From Phoronis australis (taxonomy: Eukaryota > Animalia > Phoronida), in assembly GCA_002633005.1 (NCBI GenBank), contig NMRA01000652.1:24999-73513 (forward strand): 48,515 nucleotides of DNA, in the 5' to 3' direction. Positions 1 to 12,019 of the stretch are shown in pieces. The translations under genes were made by a program, and so were the position numbers. How positions within the stretch are numbered: the first letter of the stretch is position 1; each line of letters opens with the position of its first letter. The notes beneath the pieces are model-generated. The model was not told where the DNA came from. It ran no database searches and worked only from the letters and a program-made list of their open reading frames with translations.

Positions 1-149
1 ATTCCTGGAACCAGTAGTGATTCGCCCTGTGCTGTTTTCTCCAGCTCAGAGCCTCTAAGCAGCCCTGCAGCGATATTGAGTAGTGGGAGTGATTACAGGC
101 CCAGTTCGACACCCAGTGAAGAGGACAGTTCGTCGTCCAGTGAACAGAT

Positions 150-335
150 CGGTGTTGGAGCTATTTAGAAGGTGCCAGGTGTGTGGCGAGGGAGTCACAC
201 GACCCGATGTAAGCAGTTTGGGTGCTCAGGTCACCATCCAGTGGGAGTGTGTCGCGGTACACTCTGGCAAGTGGGACAGTTGTTCCTCTGTCCGTGGCAG
301 TATGGCGGAGGTCCACTTAACCGTGTCCAGTAGTG
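150..335 (+). pseudogene. Kolobok-type transposase fragment (Zn-finger-like region)
   Basis: LELFRRCQVCG...GAQVTIQWECVAVHSGKWDS...MAEVHLTVSSS resembles the LLELF-CxxC...C-x3-H-x3-WxSQP...NL motif of Kolobok transposases. Confidence 0.7.
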
Positions 336-593
336 GCTTGGCCTCGTCGAACTCTGAACAGCACGAGCATTCCATTGAGGTAGGCATAACAACGCACGTC
401 TGTCCTCAGTAGCCGCCTCGTTTCTCTCAACAGCTGCCTGTGCCTGTGCGTACTCTGCCTCGATATACTCGGGCTCAAACATGTACCCAACCACTAAATG
501 TCCGTGAAAAAATTCCTCGTCACCACTACTGTGAACAAGGTCTCTGTCACTCACACTACTGTCACTGTGATACGGGTCACCGAGTCCAGCCAT
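336..593 (-). pseudogene. KolX / P2X7 ballast-like protein, N-terminal fragment, frameshifted
   Basis: MAGLGD...GYMFEPEY, then in another frame CVVMPTSMECSCCSEFDE (CxxMPTxxECxCCxE), typical of the P2X7-ballast-like family. Confidence 0.75.
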
Positions 594-977
594 TTTCAGC
601 TTACAACACACTAAACAATCCCTAAATCCAACGTAGTTGAGTTCTCTGCTAACCTATGTTGCCGCAGAATACTCGCCGATGGAAAGTGGTGGCGACAATT
701 GTTGAAAAACAGCACAAAACAAAAGTAGAACAGAACAGATTCGCACTGTAAACTCAACGCAAAACCAAGTGGCGGGAAACGCTTGCCTCCTAAAACGTCA
801 CTTCCGGAATTGCGGACGAGTAACTAATAAAATTACGAAAAGCTGTAATTAAGTGGAAAATATGTCTAGGATAACCAACCAACCTTATTTTAGTTCAAAA
901 TGACATGAAAAAAGGTTGCCTTCGCCTTTAATAATCTTCTCTTTTCCGAATTCATGTCATCTTGCCGTGTGTATAGA

Positions 978-1197
978 GACTGACAGTCTATACAGCCTGT
1001 TAGTGCTAGTCTTGATACTCTAGCAGCCCTAAACAACTAACTAGTTTTGTGGCTGTTTATGTTGACTGGCAGTCTATACATGTAACCAGTTAGTCCTACT
1101 TTTGATACTCTCTGCAAGGCTAACTGTGTAGTCTTGTGGTTGTATACAGGACATGCTGGTAGTCAATACACCCTGCTAGTGGTAGTCTGGATATTCC
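978..1197. repeat. Degenerate ~85-bp tandem repeat, about 2.5 copies
   Basis: A gactgrcagtctataca...ttagt...ttgatactc unit recurs near 978, 1064 and 1155. Confidence 0.6.
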
Positions 1198-1238
1198 CAA
1201 ATTGGTGGTTTGTATTAATGTTGTTTGTTGTTCTTCAG

Positions 1239-2030
1239 GGCGTTGCACCAGTCATGACAGACAAGCATGAGTGGACTGCTCCACTGACAACTGCCAGCAC
1301 TTTCAACTTGCATAGCAGGGAGTTACTAGAAGGTGCTGATGAAGACAAATGAATTGAGAAGGTGTCATCTGACCATGATGCATTCAAAAGAACCCAACAT
1401 TGGTGAAGAATGCTTCGCTATCAACAGCAGGTACCTATTCTATCTTTGGATAATGGCACATTATAGCATTCTGTAATGTTAACAGCAACAGAAAGTGTAT
1501 TGTTTTTACCAAGGTATCAGCAGCCAATTGCCATCTCACGTTAACATGGATTTGATTTTATGTTGTAGAACAAGAGACGTGTTGGGAATTTTCAACCTGC
1601 TGATTCTTATGTACTCTGGCAAGCGTTTTGCTACTCTCAAGGCCTTGTGTACCGGCTTACCAGAATTCTGCTAGCTATCAAGGAACACAGCAGGCCAGTC
1701 CTGGAAGATGAAGCTGGCAATGCAAGGTAATTAATATAACTGCGCCAAACATGCATTTTGGCTACTGGTGTGGCCACGACTCAGTTTTCAACAGGGGTTT
1801 AAAACTAAATTGTAAGTGGCCATTAGCGGGGTAGTGCTAAAATGAGTGATAATTTAGGACTCTGCTAGAAACAAAGGGGCAAACACAAATTGAGATGAGA
1901 AGACGTGGGAAGGCCTTTTCTGCAATGAACAAGCCATGCCACGTCATGTTATGTCCCCAAGGCTACATCAGTGCAGCTTATGACAAAAAGACCACCTGCA
2001 ATGCTTACAAGAAAGTTGAATTTGATTGTT
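1239..2030 (+). pseudogene. Intron-containing Kolobok-type transposase remnant (catalytic/C-terminal part)
   Basis: Exon-like blocks with ag/gt edges (1239-1430, 1569-1727) encode TDKHEW and FNLLILMYSGKRFA/YSQGLVYR...EHSRPV, resembling Kolobok HHV..HEW and ILMY.GKRF motifs. Contains stops and frameshifts. Confidence 0.65.
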
Positions 2031-3488
2031 CCTTGAATGGGAGATGATTTAAATAACCAAAAATTGTGACATATGAATTAAAAATGTCCGAGTGTGCTCC
2101 ACATGTCTTGTGTGGGTGTGCATTGTGTGTTTATTTTCATCCATGCAATGTTTCCTTGTCCATACCTATGTCGCATGATATCTCAAGAACAGTGCTGTAG
2201 TGGGGCGTAGGCGCAACCAACCACCTTTTGGCATTTGAAGGTAGCGCTTACGCACCGTACAGTGCTCAAGGTGATACGGTGGGCTTTTGGCACCTACTTA
2301 CCACAAATTTTACCACTTCAGCACTGCTCAAGAAGGAAGTTTTGTTTGTATTTTGTGCTGAAGTTTAGATGACAGCCTTGACTTTGAATTCACGGTCACA
2401 TTTAGAAAATCAAGATTTTACTTGGAAAACATTTGCCCATGCAATTTTGTGTATTTACACAAAGGTGTAGGTGGCCTATCTCCAGGTGTTAGTCACATTT
2501 TGAAGGTCACAATATGCAATTACATAGCCCTGAATGCCGCATCTAACCCAGCAACCAACCAAGGGGTTACGTGTTGCCTAAGGTCACTGTAGCGTTTTCA
2601 TTTCATTGACCTAATAGACATGAAAATACATCAGTTATTTTTGTGTTCACAAAGGTTGAGAGAGGCTTTCATTAAGATTGGTTTCAAAATCATTACCATT
2701 TAAAATTATGAAAGCCTTAAGTTTAAAACTATCACATCCTGATAGGCATAGCAGTGACACAGCTTTGAAAATTGGGTGGCCTTCGGTCCTGGGCGGCAGC
2801 CCCAGGTGCAGGCCTTCATCTAGGTGGCATCTAGGGTGTCCAACTACACAACCCGACGTAAATTTAGACACATTAGGTAGGTTGCCCTATTTAGCTTTTG
2901 GACGCCCAAGTAAAGTGTACCATTTTTTAGCTAACAACAGCCCTGGAAGCTAACTGTCCTGGCCGAATAAGAAAGTTAAGACATGGTGTAAGATGGGATA
3001 GACTTTATTACAGACCACAGTAACATTCCACACCATAACAGCGATTTGACTTAAGGTCATAGAAATAGTCAAGAGTCATTGGTCATAGATGCCTTCATTA
3101 ATTAGAAAACTAACTCATTTTGAACGCCCTATTCTTTAAATCGTTTATGAACCACCTGCTAAATGCTAATATGTGGTGGGGAACAATTCAGCCACCCTGT
3201 GACAAATGCTGTTATTTGTATTGTTTTCTCTTCTTGAAAGGTGTGAAACTCTAATCACTTAATTAACTATATGTAGTATATTTTTATATTTTGAATAACG
3301 AAAACATGTTATCCAGTGTTTGAAACAACTTCGAAAAAGTTTCTATAACACTGAAAGAGGTGCATAATGTACTAATTGTTTGAAGAGTTTCATATGTTTC
3401 ACACTCTTCATGTTTCAGGGTAAATCAATGCTGCTGCATTCATTTTCGTGTCTGGCACTGACATTGAAACAATTGTTATTATTTCTAG

Positions 3489-3700
3489 GGGAGCAACTTA
3501 TCTTCAACAAGAAGAGCAGGAGATGGTTGTCCATTCCGGTGAAGGCTTCTAAGAGCTATGGCGAGCTGATGATTGTGAAAACCCGGTTAAAAGACATGTC
3601 TGACATGCACTGCTTCCATGAACATAAAAGCAAAATGACTCCCGCTTGTTGTCTGACAACATTGCCGTCTTCGAATGATTGCCATCAGTAGAAGTCAATG
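3489..3700 (+). pseudogene. Kolobok-type transposase C-terminal remnant
   Basis: FNKKSRRWLSIPVKASKSY resembles the YNKKS.RW...VK..K.Y motif of this family. Confidence 0.55.
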
Positions 3701-4652
3701 CGTCAAATAAGCTGCCTGACAGAGGTTATTTAAGATGATATGGCAACTGGGTGTTATTCAGTCATGTGCCCTAGTTTGTTGCAGAGGATCATCTGGTACT
3801 ACAGTTTGGTTTATAGTCATGATGCATCCAGTTATGCAGAAGTTAACATGTTCAGTCAGGCCATCGACCTTCAAACTCTGCCATGGGCAGTTTGTGTAGT
3901 GTCAATTTGGAAACTGTCAAGGCTTGTAATTTTCCTCTTTTAAGAGGATTTACTCTCTTTTGGTTTCAATTTCCTCATTATGTCTCTTTTTTGATCATTA
4001 TTTTGGCTTCTATGCCAAAAATCTCTATCAAAGACCCTAGTATTAATTTGTGGAATGATACATCACCTGTCATTGATCAGTCCAAGCCCTGAATCTTAAC
4101 AATTTCTTTATGGGGCGTTTAGTTTACAGAAACACTTTCTACAAGGTGAGTAAGATACAACTGGTAATACCAGTTTAACTTGTATTACCATTGAATAGTT
4201 TTCTTGATTCTTACCTATTTTCTCAGCCAAATGTGTAGTCAGTGGTTTGTCTTCAGGTGGGTCATAGAGAGGCGGATATTTGTATACAAGGGTCACCATA
4301 AAGCTTCTGTGTTACGAAAAATTATGTTTTTAGTGATGTTTTACTGCTTAGGCAATTCACATTCATATTAAAACCTGCATTTAGAAATCTTGAATTTGAG
4401 AGTGATGGTGTTGAACATTACAATATATATTTTGAATGGCTATGCTGTTGGGTTAGAGGTTGTGCCTGTAAGTAAGGTGTGTTACATGAGTAGCAGATTA
4501 CTCGCGATTGGTCATTGCAAAAGCTATAGAACTTTTTATCAGAAAATGTTGCAACTTCTGATTATGGGCTATGGCCAAACAACCAGGAGACTATGTCTAT
4601 TGAAAGGACATCTTGTTTTGTTAATTTTGTCCAATCATCTTTCTGTCACCAC

Positions 4653-4897
4653 CTAATGCATCATTGGCGTTAATCAGGAAAGACAAAAGCAGGAATCAAC
4701 TAAAAACTCATACCCCTATCTCACAAATTAGACATTGTGCTCCTTGGTCGGTGGCCTTTCCCACAAATGCATGCAATTTGCTAAAAGCGTACGTCATGCT
4801 TTTACTGTTTAGCAGACGTTGAAATTTTTTTTGAAAATTTCCTCCAAGTTTTGAGGGTTTTCGATGGTTACAGAACATTAATTTGTTGCACAGAACT
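4653..4897. repeat. Dispersed repeat, copy 1 (copy 2 at ~10135-10363)
   Basis: ctaatgcatcattggcgt...ggaatcaactaaaaac...cacaaatt...gtttagcagac is shared in direct orientation. Confidence 0.85.
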
Positions 4898-5149
4898 AGG
4901 TGGGAAGTCGATTTTAGTATTTTAATTCATTTTGAAAAGTTAATCCATTACTGGTTTTTCGAAATTGGGGCCGTTGCCCTACGTGACGGTAACTAATTTA
5001 AGAATGCTCTAGGTTCTTGTTGCAAGTCAAAATCCAAATGGACTTTCTACATGTATACTAGACTAAGAAATAAAAAGTTCACTCTGACAGTTGTGCTTTC
5101 ATCTCACAAAGTAACAGTTGTGCACAAGGAGGTTTCAGTGCTCAGCTAC

Positions 5150-7091
5150 AATTTTTGTGTAGCCTGTATGTCCCAATAAAGTCTGTGAATATTTTTGTCC
5201 AAACACAACTGTGCAACTCTGTCCACATGTCTTCCAAGATGTCCATGTTGCCCCAAGATAAAGTTTCTGTATGCCTGATGTCAGTTAGACGCATTCTGAT
5301 CAGTCTCTGGCTTCAGTGTCATCACATTTCGTTGTAACTTGTTGAAGGCAAGTACACCTTCTCCAGGCAAAACACTTGGAAATCCTGAAAGCATTGGTAA
5401 AATATATTACAGTGCGGTTTCGCATTACTGTAGATTTGATAAGGAACATTTGTCTCTTGTAAATGAATTATATACAACAGCAACTGGTTGATTGGGGTTG
5501 ACATCCTATATTGGACAATCAAAACGTATAGAATTATTTTCGTTATTGCAGACTGAACTCACCAATACTTTTGTAAATTGACATTTGGTTGGTTTTGGAT
5601 GGGATTTGCTACTGAGATTTGATTTGAGTTCTTGGCCAAAGATTTGAATTATGTGGCTGTATATTTGTTTAAATTAGTTGAAGACTCAAAACTAAAGTAG
5701 CTATAGGAGTCTTTCGAGGTCCTGGTGACATTAATATGAATCACCTTAAAAATGAAAAAGAGCAGACCAAAAAGGTACTAAACAATTTTGTAAAATGTTT
5801 CCCACTGATATATGTAGTCTGTAGTCAACACTAAAAACTTTGTAGTGATTAAATTTTTAGACAACGGTTTAGTGACTACTTACAGGTAATAATGAAATGC
5901 AGTTAGCAGATTGCATCCCACAGCACACTTTTATTTCTGGTTGACATTTCTTGACACCTGTGACACGGGCACCATGATGGATCTTCTGATGGTGCTGGGT
6001 AATGATCCAGTGAAGTGACCTCTGGTAGCCTAAATTCTAGACGCGGGGGTCTTGCTTGGCGACATCCCACTTTAGGTCTCTCAATTCCTTCTTTTATCCA
6101 TGTGACTGATTCGGCCCTAAAGTGAGAGTAATTCAGTGACAACATTCACAGTAATGAGAACAATTTTTATAACTTTTGTTTGAATTGTAGGATTTATTTG
6201 CTAACAAGTACAAAGACAACCACTGTATGACTATCAGATTGGAAATCATCTACTGGTTTAGGATTGGGTTTTGGATTAATTCATAGGCGGATTTAGGGGC
6301 TGCTGCAAAAGAAGCAAAACGGCAAGGGCGCGAGGAAATATTGACTCCACTAATTAATCTCGGTACTTAACATGTGGCTGCGGGGGGGGGGGAGGGGGGG
6401 CTCAGACCCGATCGTATCAGGGGACCTGCGTAAATGCCTTCTCTTTTTTTTGTTTTTTTTAGTCCACTGTTAGCTTTGTAGTGCGAGGACCAGAAATTCG
6501 AGCAACCCAATTTTTCGGGCTGGATCCTCGCATTCAATCGTAAACCACACTTGCCCAAGACAAAATGTGCCCCCCCCCTTATGGTATTCTTGATCCGCCA
6601 ATATAATTTAGAGATGCAGCCAAGGAATCGTTTCTACCCCATGCACTAGGTCCAGAGCTCTATAATTGCAAACCCATGCAGTCCCAGGGCCTGGAAATTG
6701 AACATCACAGTGTCACGCAGGAAACTTATTTTTCGTAAGCAACTGATATCGTGCACTTCCGAGTTGTACATAACCTCCCAGAAGAGGAAACGTTTACAAC
6801 CAAGCTCGACGAATTCATGAATCACTAAGACTCGATTGCAGGTTTAAAATTGAACACAACTCACGAGGCTGTAGCAAGTTGTATATTATTATGTAATATA
6901 GACAAGTACACGGATACGTCGACTTCGAATGACTCGGGATAGCGACAGAAATAGTTGAGAACAAATTAATCTTGTTGTTTACGAGTAAGAATCAAGCTGT
7001 GATTTCCAAATGTTTGTACATTCTGATTTCTTGTTTAGCTGGCAAGAAGTCCCAAAACACCTAACTCACCTCGACCGCTTGTGCTTGACAT
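5150..7091 (-). pseudogene. Multi-exon KolX / P2X7 ballast-like pseudogene
   Basis: Putative exon 7091-7070 (MSSTSGR, gtgagt donor). Exon ~6120-5884 (PSWCPCHRCQEMST/EIKVCCGMQSANCISLLP, gtaagt donor). Exon 5384-~5150 (DFQVFCL...N*HQAYRNFILGQHGHLGRHVDRV/SCVW). These match the WCxCxxCxxMPT, CC and AYRxF..W..G.LG...R..IPSC motifs. Confidence 0.75.
6282..6603. mobile_element. MITE with CATAGGCGGAT-type termini and 5-bp TSD
   Basis: TAATT|CATAGGCGGATTTAG...TTGATCCGCCAATA|TAATT, with internal G- and C-tracts. Confidence 0.75.
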
Positions 7092-7099
7092 GTTTCTCT

Positions 7100-7482
7100 T
7101 CCGTCAGCTGATTCGTGTGCATTATGGGTAATCTCTCCACTGGCAACCCCGCATAAATAATGAGGTTTGGCTGAAGGTCCGCCCACTTTTTATAAATTTA
7201 AAAAATTAATAGTAAAATAACGAGAGTATGTACATGGCTGTAATTTACGAAAAGAGTTAATTTTAGTGATATCTTTCGATTGGCAAAGCTCAATTTGTGA
7301 TCTAAGCAGGCGAAAGTAAAGGAAATAGTGACTTTAAGACCGGAGCTGAAAAATGTCAGAGGCCACACTGTTCCCGGCATCCAGCCAGGCCCACGGGTCG
7401 GTGCGTATAAAAAATTACGAGTGAAATTGTCGGGTTTGTTGACTTTTTTGCAGAGAAATTGACGGTTGCCTGAAAACGTACC
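7100..7482. mobile_element. Kolobok-type terminus upstream of the KolX-like gene
   Basis: ...GGTTGCCTGAAAACGTACC|TTAA (7483-7486). Shares GGTTGCC with the terminus at 927. Confidence 0.55.
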
Positions 7483-7646
7483 TTAACAGTCTCGCTTGAT
7501 AAATGGAAATGAAGCACTGAAATCAGGCTTAGTTTGATAACTACAAAACTCGATCGAAACTCATTCGAGTAGGCAACTGAAAATCCTCAGTGCAAACTCT
7601 TGCGACCAATCCCGTGAATTGTCGTGGTCGTAAGCTCTACCACAAG

Positions 7647-8201
7647 ACTCGCTGGTTCCCTGCGTGTAGAGATCACACGCAGGTACCAGTTAGTAGCACG
7701 CGCTTTATCATTGGTTGATGTAACCTCGGCATAGTTAGCTTTACAACAAAGTGAGAAAATGGCGGACTAATGAACGATTTTTAGCCTTGTCATGCAAGTG
7801 GCGTAGCAGCAACTATTTCTTCTGCAATATGAATAGCCACGTGCGTGAACCACACGCATGTACAATAAACGCACGTCTGGTTTGTTATTAAAATGTATGA
7901 ATACAGGACAGCAACGTAAACAAAAGTCAGCTACAGTAGAAAGATGCACTCCGAAAAGGCGCAACCACAATATGTGAATCACATTTCTTGAACATGAATT
8001 TTAAACACCGATTTGTCTGTAGAACAGACCACGTTTATTTTACACTTCCTCCATCAGTCATGCCATTTTGTTTGCGTAAAGCGCTACCTGTTGAGAATTC
8101 GACCGGCCATTCAGAAACGCCGGTGTACAAAAATTCCCAAATAAAACTAAATGATACCTGCCGCTGGCTACCACCTAGCGGCACGTAGGGAACCAGCGAG
8201 T
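7647..8201. mobile_element. MITE, ~555 bp, with 20-bp TIR and 8-10-bp TSD
   Basis: TIR ACTCGCTGGTTCCCTGCGTG / CACGTAGGGAACCAGCGAGT. Direct repeat TACCACAAGA at 7638-7647 and 8201-8210. Related to 17323-17980. Confidence 0.85.
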
Positions 8202-8399
8202 ACCACAAGAATGCATGGGTCACGCGCGGGAGTAGGCATTCCACTTCTCCATGATCTATACAAGTGCAGACGAGTTCAAACTAGGTCGCAACTTTATGCG
8301 ACACGGATACGTACGAGTCCCTGAAATGACATGAAAGAAAAATTTATGATGTGTCGTGGCGCGAAACTCGTGGCCGCGCATTACAGGATGTACGTTCTC

Positions 8400-9440
8400 A
8401 TTAGATGTTGTCTGTCCACTTAGTCTTCATGAGTGTTGCTAGAGTACTTGCAAGCCAAGATGGAAAAGCAGTGGGCGTTATTAAAGTCACTCTGTCAAAA
8501 TTTTAACTGTACTTCCCATGCAGTGCATTTTAAACTCTTTGACTCCCTGATTACGCCCATATTAACATATGTTGCAGAAATATGGGGCACATCAATGTGT
8601 GAATCTATTGAAAAAGTTCATAATGATTTCAGTCGGTTTGAGATTGAGTAGTAAAACGCCGAATGCTATGATTCGCGGTGAATGTGTGAGGCAATTGTTA
8701 ATTACAAAATATATATATGTGTAAACCAATAATCTATTGGACAAATTACTTTGGAGAACATAGGTACCTACTGAAGTACTATAGTATGCTTAGAGAACAA
8801 GGTGAAAATGGTAATTATTACTGGGCACACCGTTTCAAAGAAATTTTGTATAGGTACGGTTATGGAGAGGTGTGGTTATTTGACCCATGTAATATTGTTG
8901 AATTTATTGTGGTATTCTAGACTACAGAGTACAGAAATGGCAACTGGAAATAGGTAGTTCAAATAAATAGGAATTTTGTAGTCTTATTAAACGTGATCTT
9001 GTTAGCGAGTAATATGTGAAATGTTTAAGCGTTTACTCGAGAAGAATACTTGCGCAGTTTCGATGTTCAGGTCACTCACTTAATATAGCGAAAGGTAGAC
9101 CTGTGGGTATTCCCAGAAGTGTGAGAATACGCGGCATATGCAACCTGGGTGAAATTAAAGATGATGCTCATTTCGTGTGTCGATGCCCTGTTCTTGGAGA
9201 CCTTAGAAAAAAGTCTTCTTCCAGAGCTTGTGAATGTTAACTCTTCTCTTGTTAAGTTATTGCAACAGAAAAATCATGACAGTATCCAGCGCCTCGCATT
9301 GTATATTCAGAAGGCTATGGCTTTAAGAGAGGAACTGTTCTCTGTGTAAATAATCTGAATATACATTTGAATTTATGTATTTATGTTTGTGTAGGCAATG
9401 CCTACGATGTACAATAAATGATAATGATATTGAATGATTG
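8400..9440 (+). mobile_element. 5'-truncated, degenerate non-LTR retrotransposon (RTE-X-like ORF2 C-terminus and 3' UTR)
   Basis: LFDSLITPILTYVAEIWG, IEKVH, GYGEVW, LAQFRCSGHSLNI.KGR and C..C...DDAHFVCRCP motifs in broken frames. 3' hairpin GTAGGCAATGCCTAC followed by AATAAA (~9414). Confidence 0.85.
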
Positions 9441-10134
9441 AGATTTTATCTCATTCTTAAGAGATATTACCTCGTACCCATGCGATATGATACCCCCACG
9501 AGAAACCTTCTTGTTCCATCGATATATTTTTCTGTCATGTCCTTTGAGGTGCTCCGTGGACACGTGATTCTGTGGCTGGTTCCACTTTCCGGGTTTATGC
9601 AATGTGCTCGTTTTATTGTACAACGATCATTTCAACAAGTCAGCATTCCTTTGAAGTTGCGGTAAGCCTTTATGTTTTATCGACAGCGGCTGTTTTCAAC
9701 ATGCCATGCACCTTCACCTTGTGCTTAGATTAGGCAAAGTGCCGGACGCAAGGTCAACTTGTAACGTGAATAACTACTTCAAAAAGGAAATTGAATAAAT
9801 ACTTTAAATGAACTAAAGTTTGTCAGCGATTACATGATTACACGAGTGGCCGTTCAGACTTTTTCTTGGATTTTCACTTCATGATTCAAAATCACTTGAA
9901 CAACGTCTGTTGAGCTATGTCTAAGTTCTAGCCAATACATGCGAGGTTTTTCAATGTCTTTTAATCCAAATCGTACCTATTTTACAATTGAAAATTCGAA
10001 AGAAGAAACTGAAGCGCTAATTTTTTTTCCTATGCACCCCCATTTTGTCGCTGGCTTAAGATTTTACTTACTTGTTTAAAAGGACACTAAACCCTGTTTT
10101 GATGTTTACGACCAACCCTCGTTCTGTAACATGC

Positions 10135-10363
10135 TAATGCATCATTGGCGTCAATCTTGAAAGACAAACGCCGGAATCAACTAAAAACGCATACCTCGTG
10201 TTTCACAAATTGGACATGATTATGGTCCTTGGTGGGTGGTGTTTTCCCCACAGTAACCGCTAAACATGCCCGTTTAGCAGACTTTGAAAGGAGTTTTTCA
10301 AATATTCCTCAAAACTTTTGACAGTTGTCGAGGGTTGCAGAGCGTTATTTTGTTTCAGAGAAC
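10135..10363. repeat. Dispersed repeat, copy 2
   Basis: Similar to 4653-4897. Confidence 0.85.
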
Positions 10364-11237
10364 TGAATGAGAAATTTGTTTTTAGTATCTGATAATAGAC
10401 CAGAACCATATAAAGAAAATCTAAAGAGTTTGAAAAGCTTGAGATTATTTAAAGATATGGAAAAACTTAAGAAGCCGTCAAAAGATAAGCGAAAACGTCA
10501 GACTTCTGGAAAACTTAATAATTTAAGGATAACCAAAATACCACACCTGCTTTGCTTTACCCGGATCTGATAGTCCAGACATTTTGAAAGCATTTCTTCG
10601 TTCCGACACAAATACTTGTATCCTTCAGACAAATGGAAACTGAACAAAACCTGGTTCTTAAATTTAACCTTAATTTCTGGAATCAAGAGGTCACGAGGTT
10701 ATGGAATCTTGTCTCCAATGTCGGACCCGGGTCAGCAGTGAATTTTTGATTTTGGGTAGACAATGTTAGATTTGCAGTTTTTGGTCATTTTTGGCATTTG
10801 TATTCTATGGAAATTCTGAGTCAAAACGCCATGGGCTATTTGAATTCGATTATTCACGAGAAACTCTGTTGAGTGTACTTTCTGCAAGTTATACACTTTT
10901 GTCAGGTGTCCTCAGACACAGTGGAAGCAAGCGGTTTTGCCGAACCTATTTGTGTTTTTGACGAGATTAGCTTGTCGAACCTTAGCCCTTAGGAGCAGTG
11001 ACGTCGAGGAAAAAAGTGGACCCGAGGCCAACACGACGCCGGGCTCCTCGAACCACTGTACCCACAACATTCTCATGCCCATCCCCCAATTTAGGTGCGT
11101 AGGTGTAGACAAAAAAGTCTCAATAACAGTTATTGCAGACTTACACCTAAAATTAACTAAAACATACTAATTATATTTTTATTCTCGCCCTTCATATCGA
11201 TTCACTGTTCGTGTTTTCTGCATAGCCCTACTACACG

Positions 11238-11480
11238 TCAAGTGAAGCTTTTGCGGGCTTTCAAACTAGCAAAAAGTACGATGTTTGAGTCAAAATCCAA
11301 TTTCCTTGAATATGGGATGCAATACCCATACTCTCGGCATCAATCTTCTCTCAGCTACAGTGTCCCCCTATTGTATCACAAACCCTTGCAGTTGTCAAGG
11401 AGCAATATTTTTTGGTTTAATATCTAAGATGACATCTCTTGCATACATCTTAGAACTTTCAGCCATCGGAGGGCCATGAC
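11238..11480 (-). pseudogene. hAT transposase C-terminal remnant
   Basis: Minus frame KLDFDSNIVLFASLKARKSFT* matches the typical hAT C-terminal DF..I..FA..KAR ending. Confidence 0.55.
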
Positions 11481-11502
11481 CACACGCTCAAAATACCTCA
11501 AA

Positions 11503-11744
11503 CATTTCAAAGTGTGGTCTGCACCCCACTTGTTGGCCACACCACGTGACCTAATGAATATAAGTCTAAAAGATTTTCTGCCCCGACTGAGACTACAACC
11601 CGACCTTCTGGTCTATCCCACTGAGCGTCTGCACGGTTACCAGGAGGTCTTGGGTTCGAGTGCCGGTCGAGGCAGAAATCTTTTCAGACTTCAATAGGTG
11701 GTGTGATGTAGTGAACAGGTGGCATGGACACCAGACTTAAAATG
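11503..11744. repeat. Palindromic element made of two head-to-head tRNA-like segments
   Basis: AAAGATTTTCTGCCCCGACTGAGACTACAACCCGACCTTCTGGT pairs with ACCAGGAGGTCTTGGGTTCGAGTGCCGGTCGAGGCAGAAATCTTT. B-box GGTTCGAGTGCC is present. The arms extend ~70 bp further on each side. Confidence 0.7.
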
Positions 11745-12019
11745 ATATGCAATCTGCATTCCACGCCTTATTAAGATTTAAAGCACTCGTAAGCACTCAT
11801 ATCAATAAGCACTCGCAAGAGTTAAGGTAGAGTTTGAATCCAAGAAGGCCTCACCTTGTTTTTGTGCACAAGTTCATACTTGTCAACCAATACGGCAATT
11901 ACATATTTGCTACGTATTTTTGTCGTTTCTTTAGTGCTACGGTGTAACACCAAAATGCGACGTATTTTCGTTCATTAATACGCATTTTTGCCAATGTCAC
12001 AATAAAATTTTCAAACCTT

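Larger units (their letters stand above)
1..927. mobile_element. Internally deleted Kolobok-type DNA transposon, right end (left end outside window)
   Basis: Terminus ...GGTTGCCTTCGCCT is followed by TTAA (928-931), i.e. TTAA|AGG on the minus strand. Contains a convergent transposase fragment (+) and KolX-like fragment (-) joined at ~335. Confidence 0.75.
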
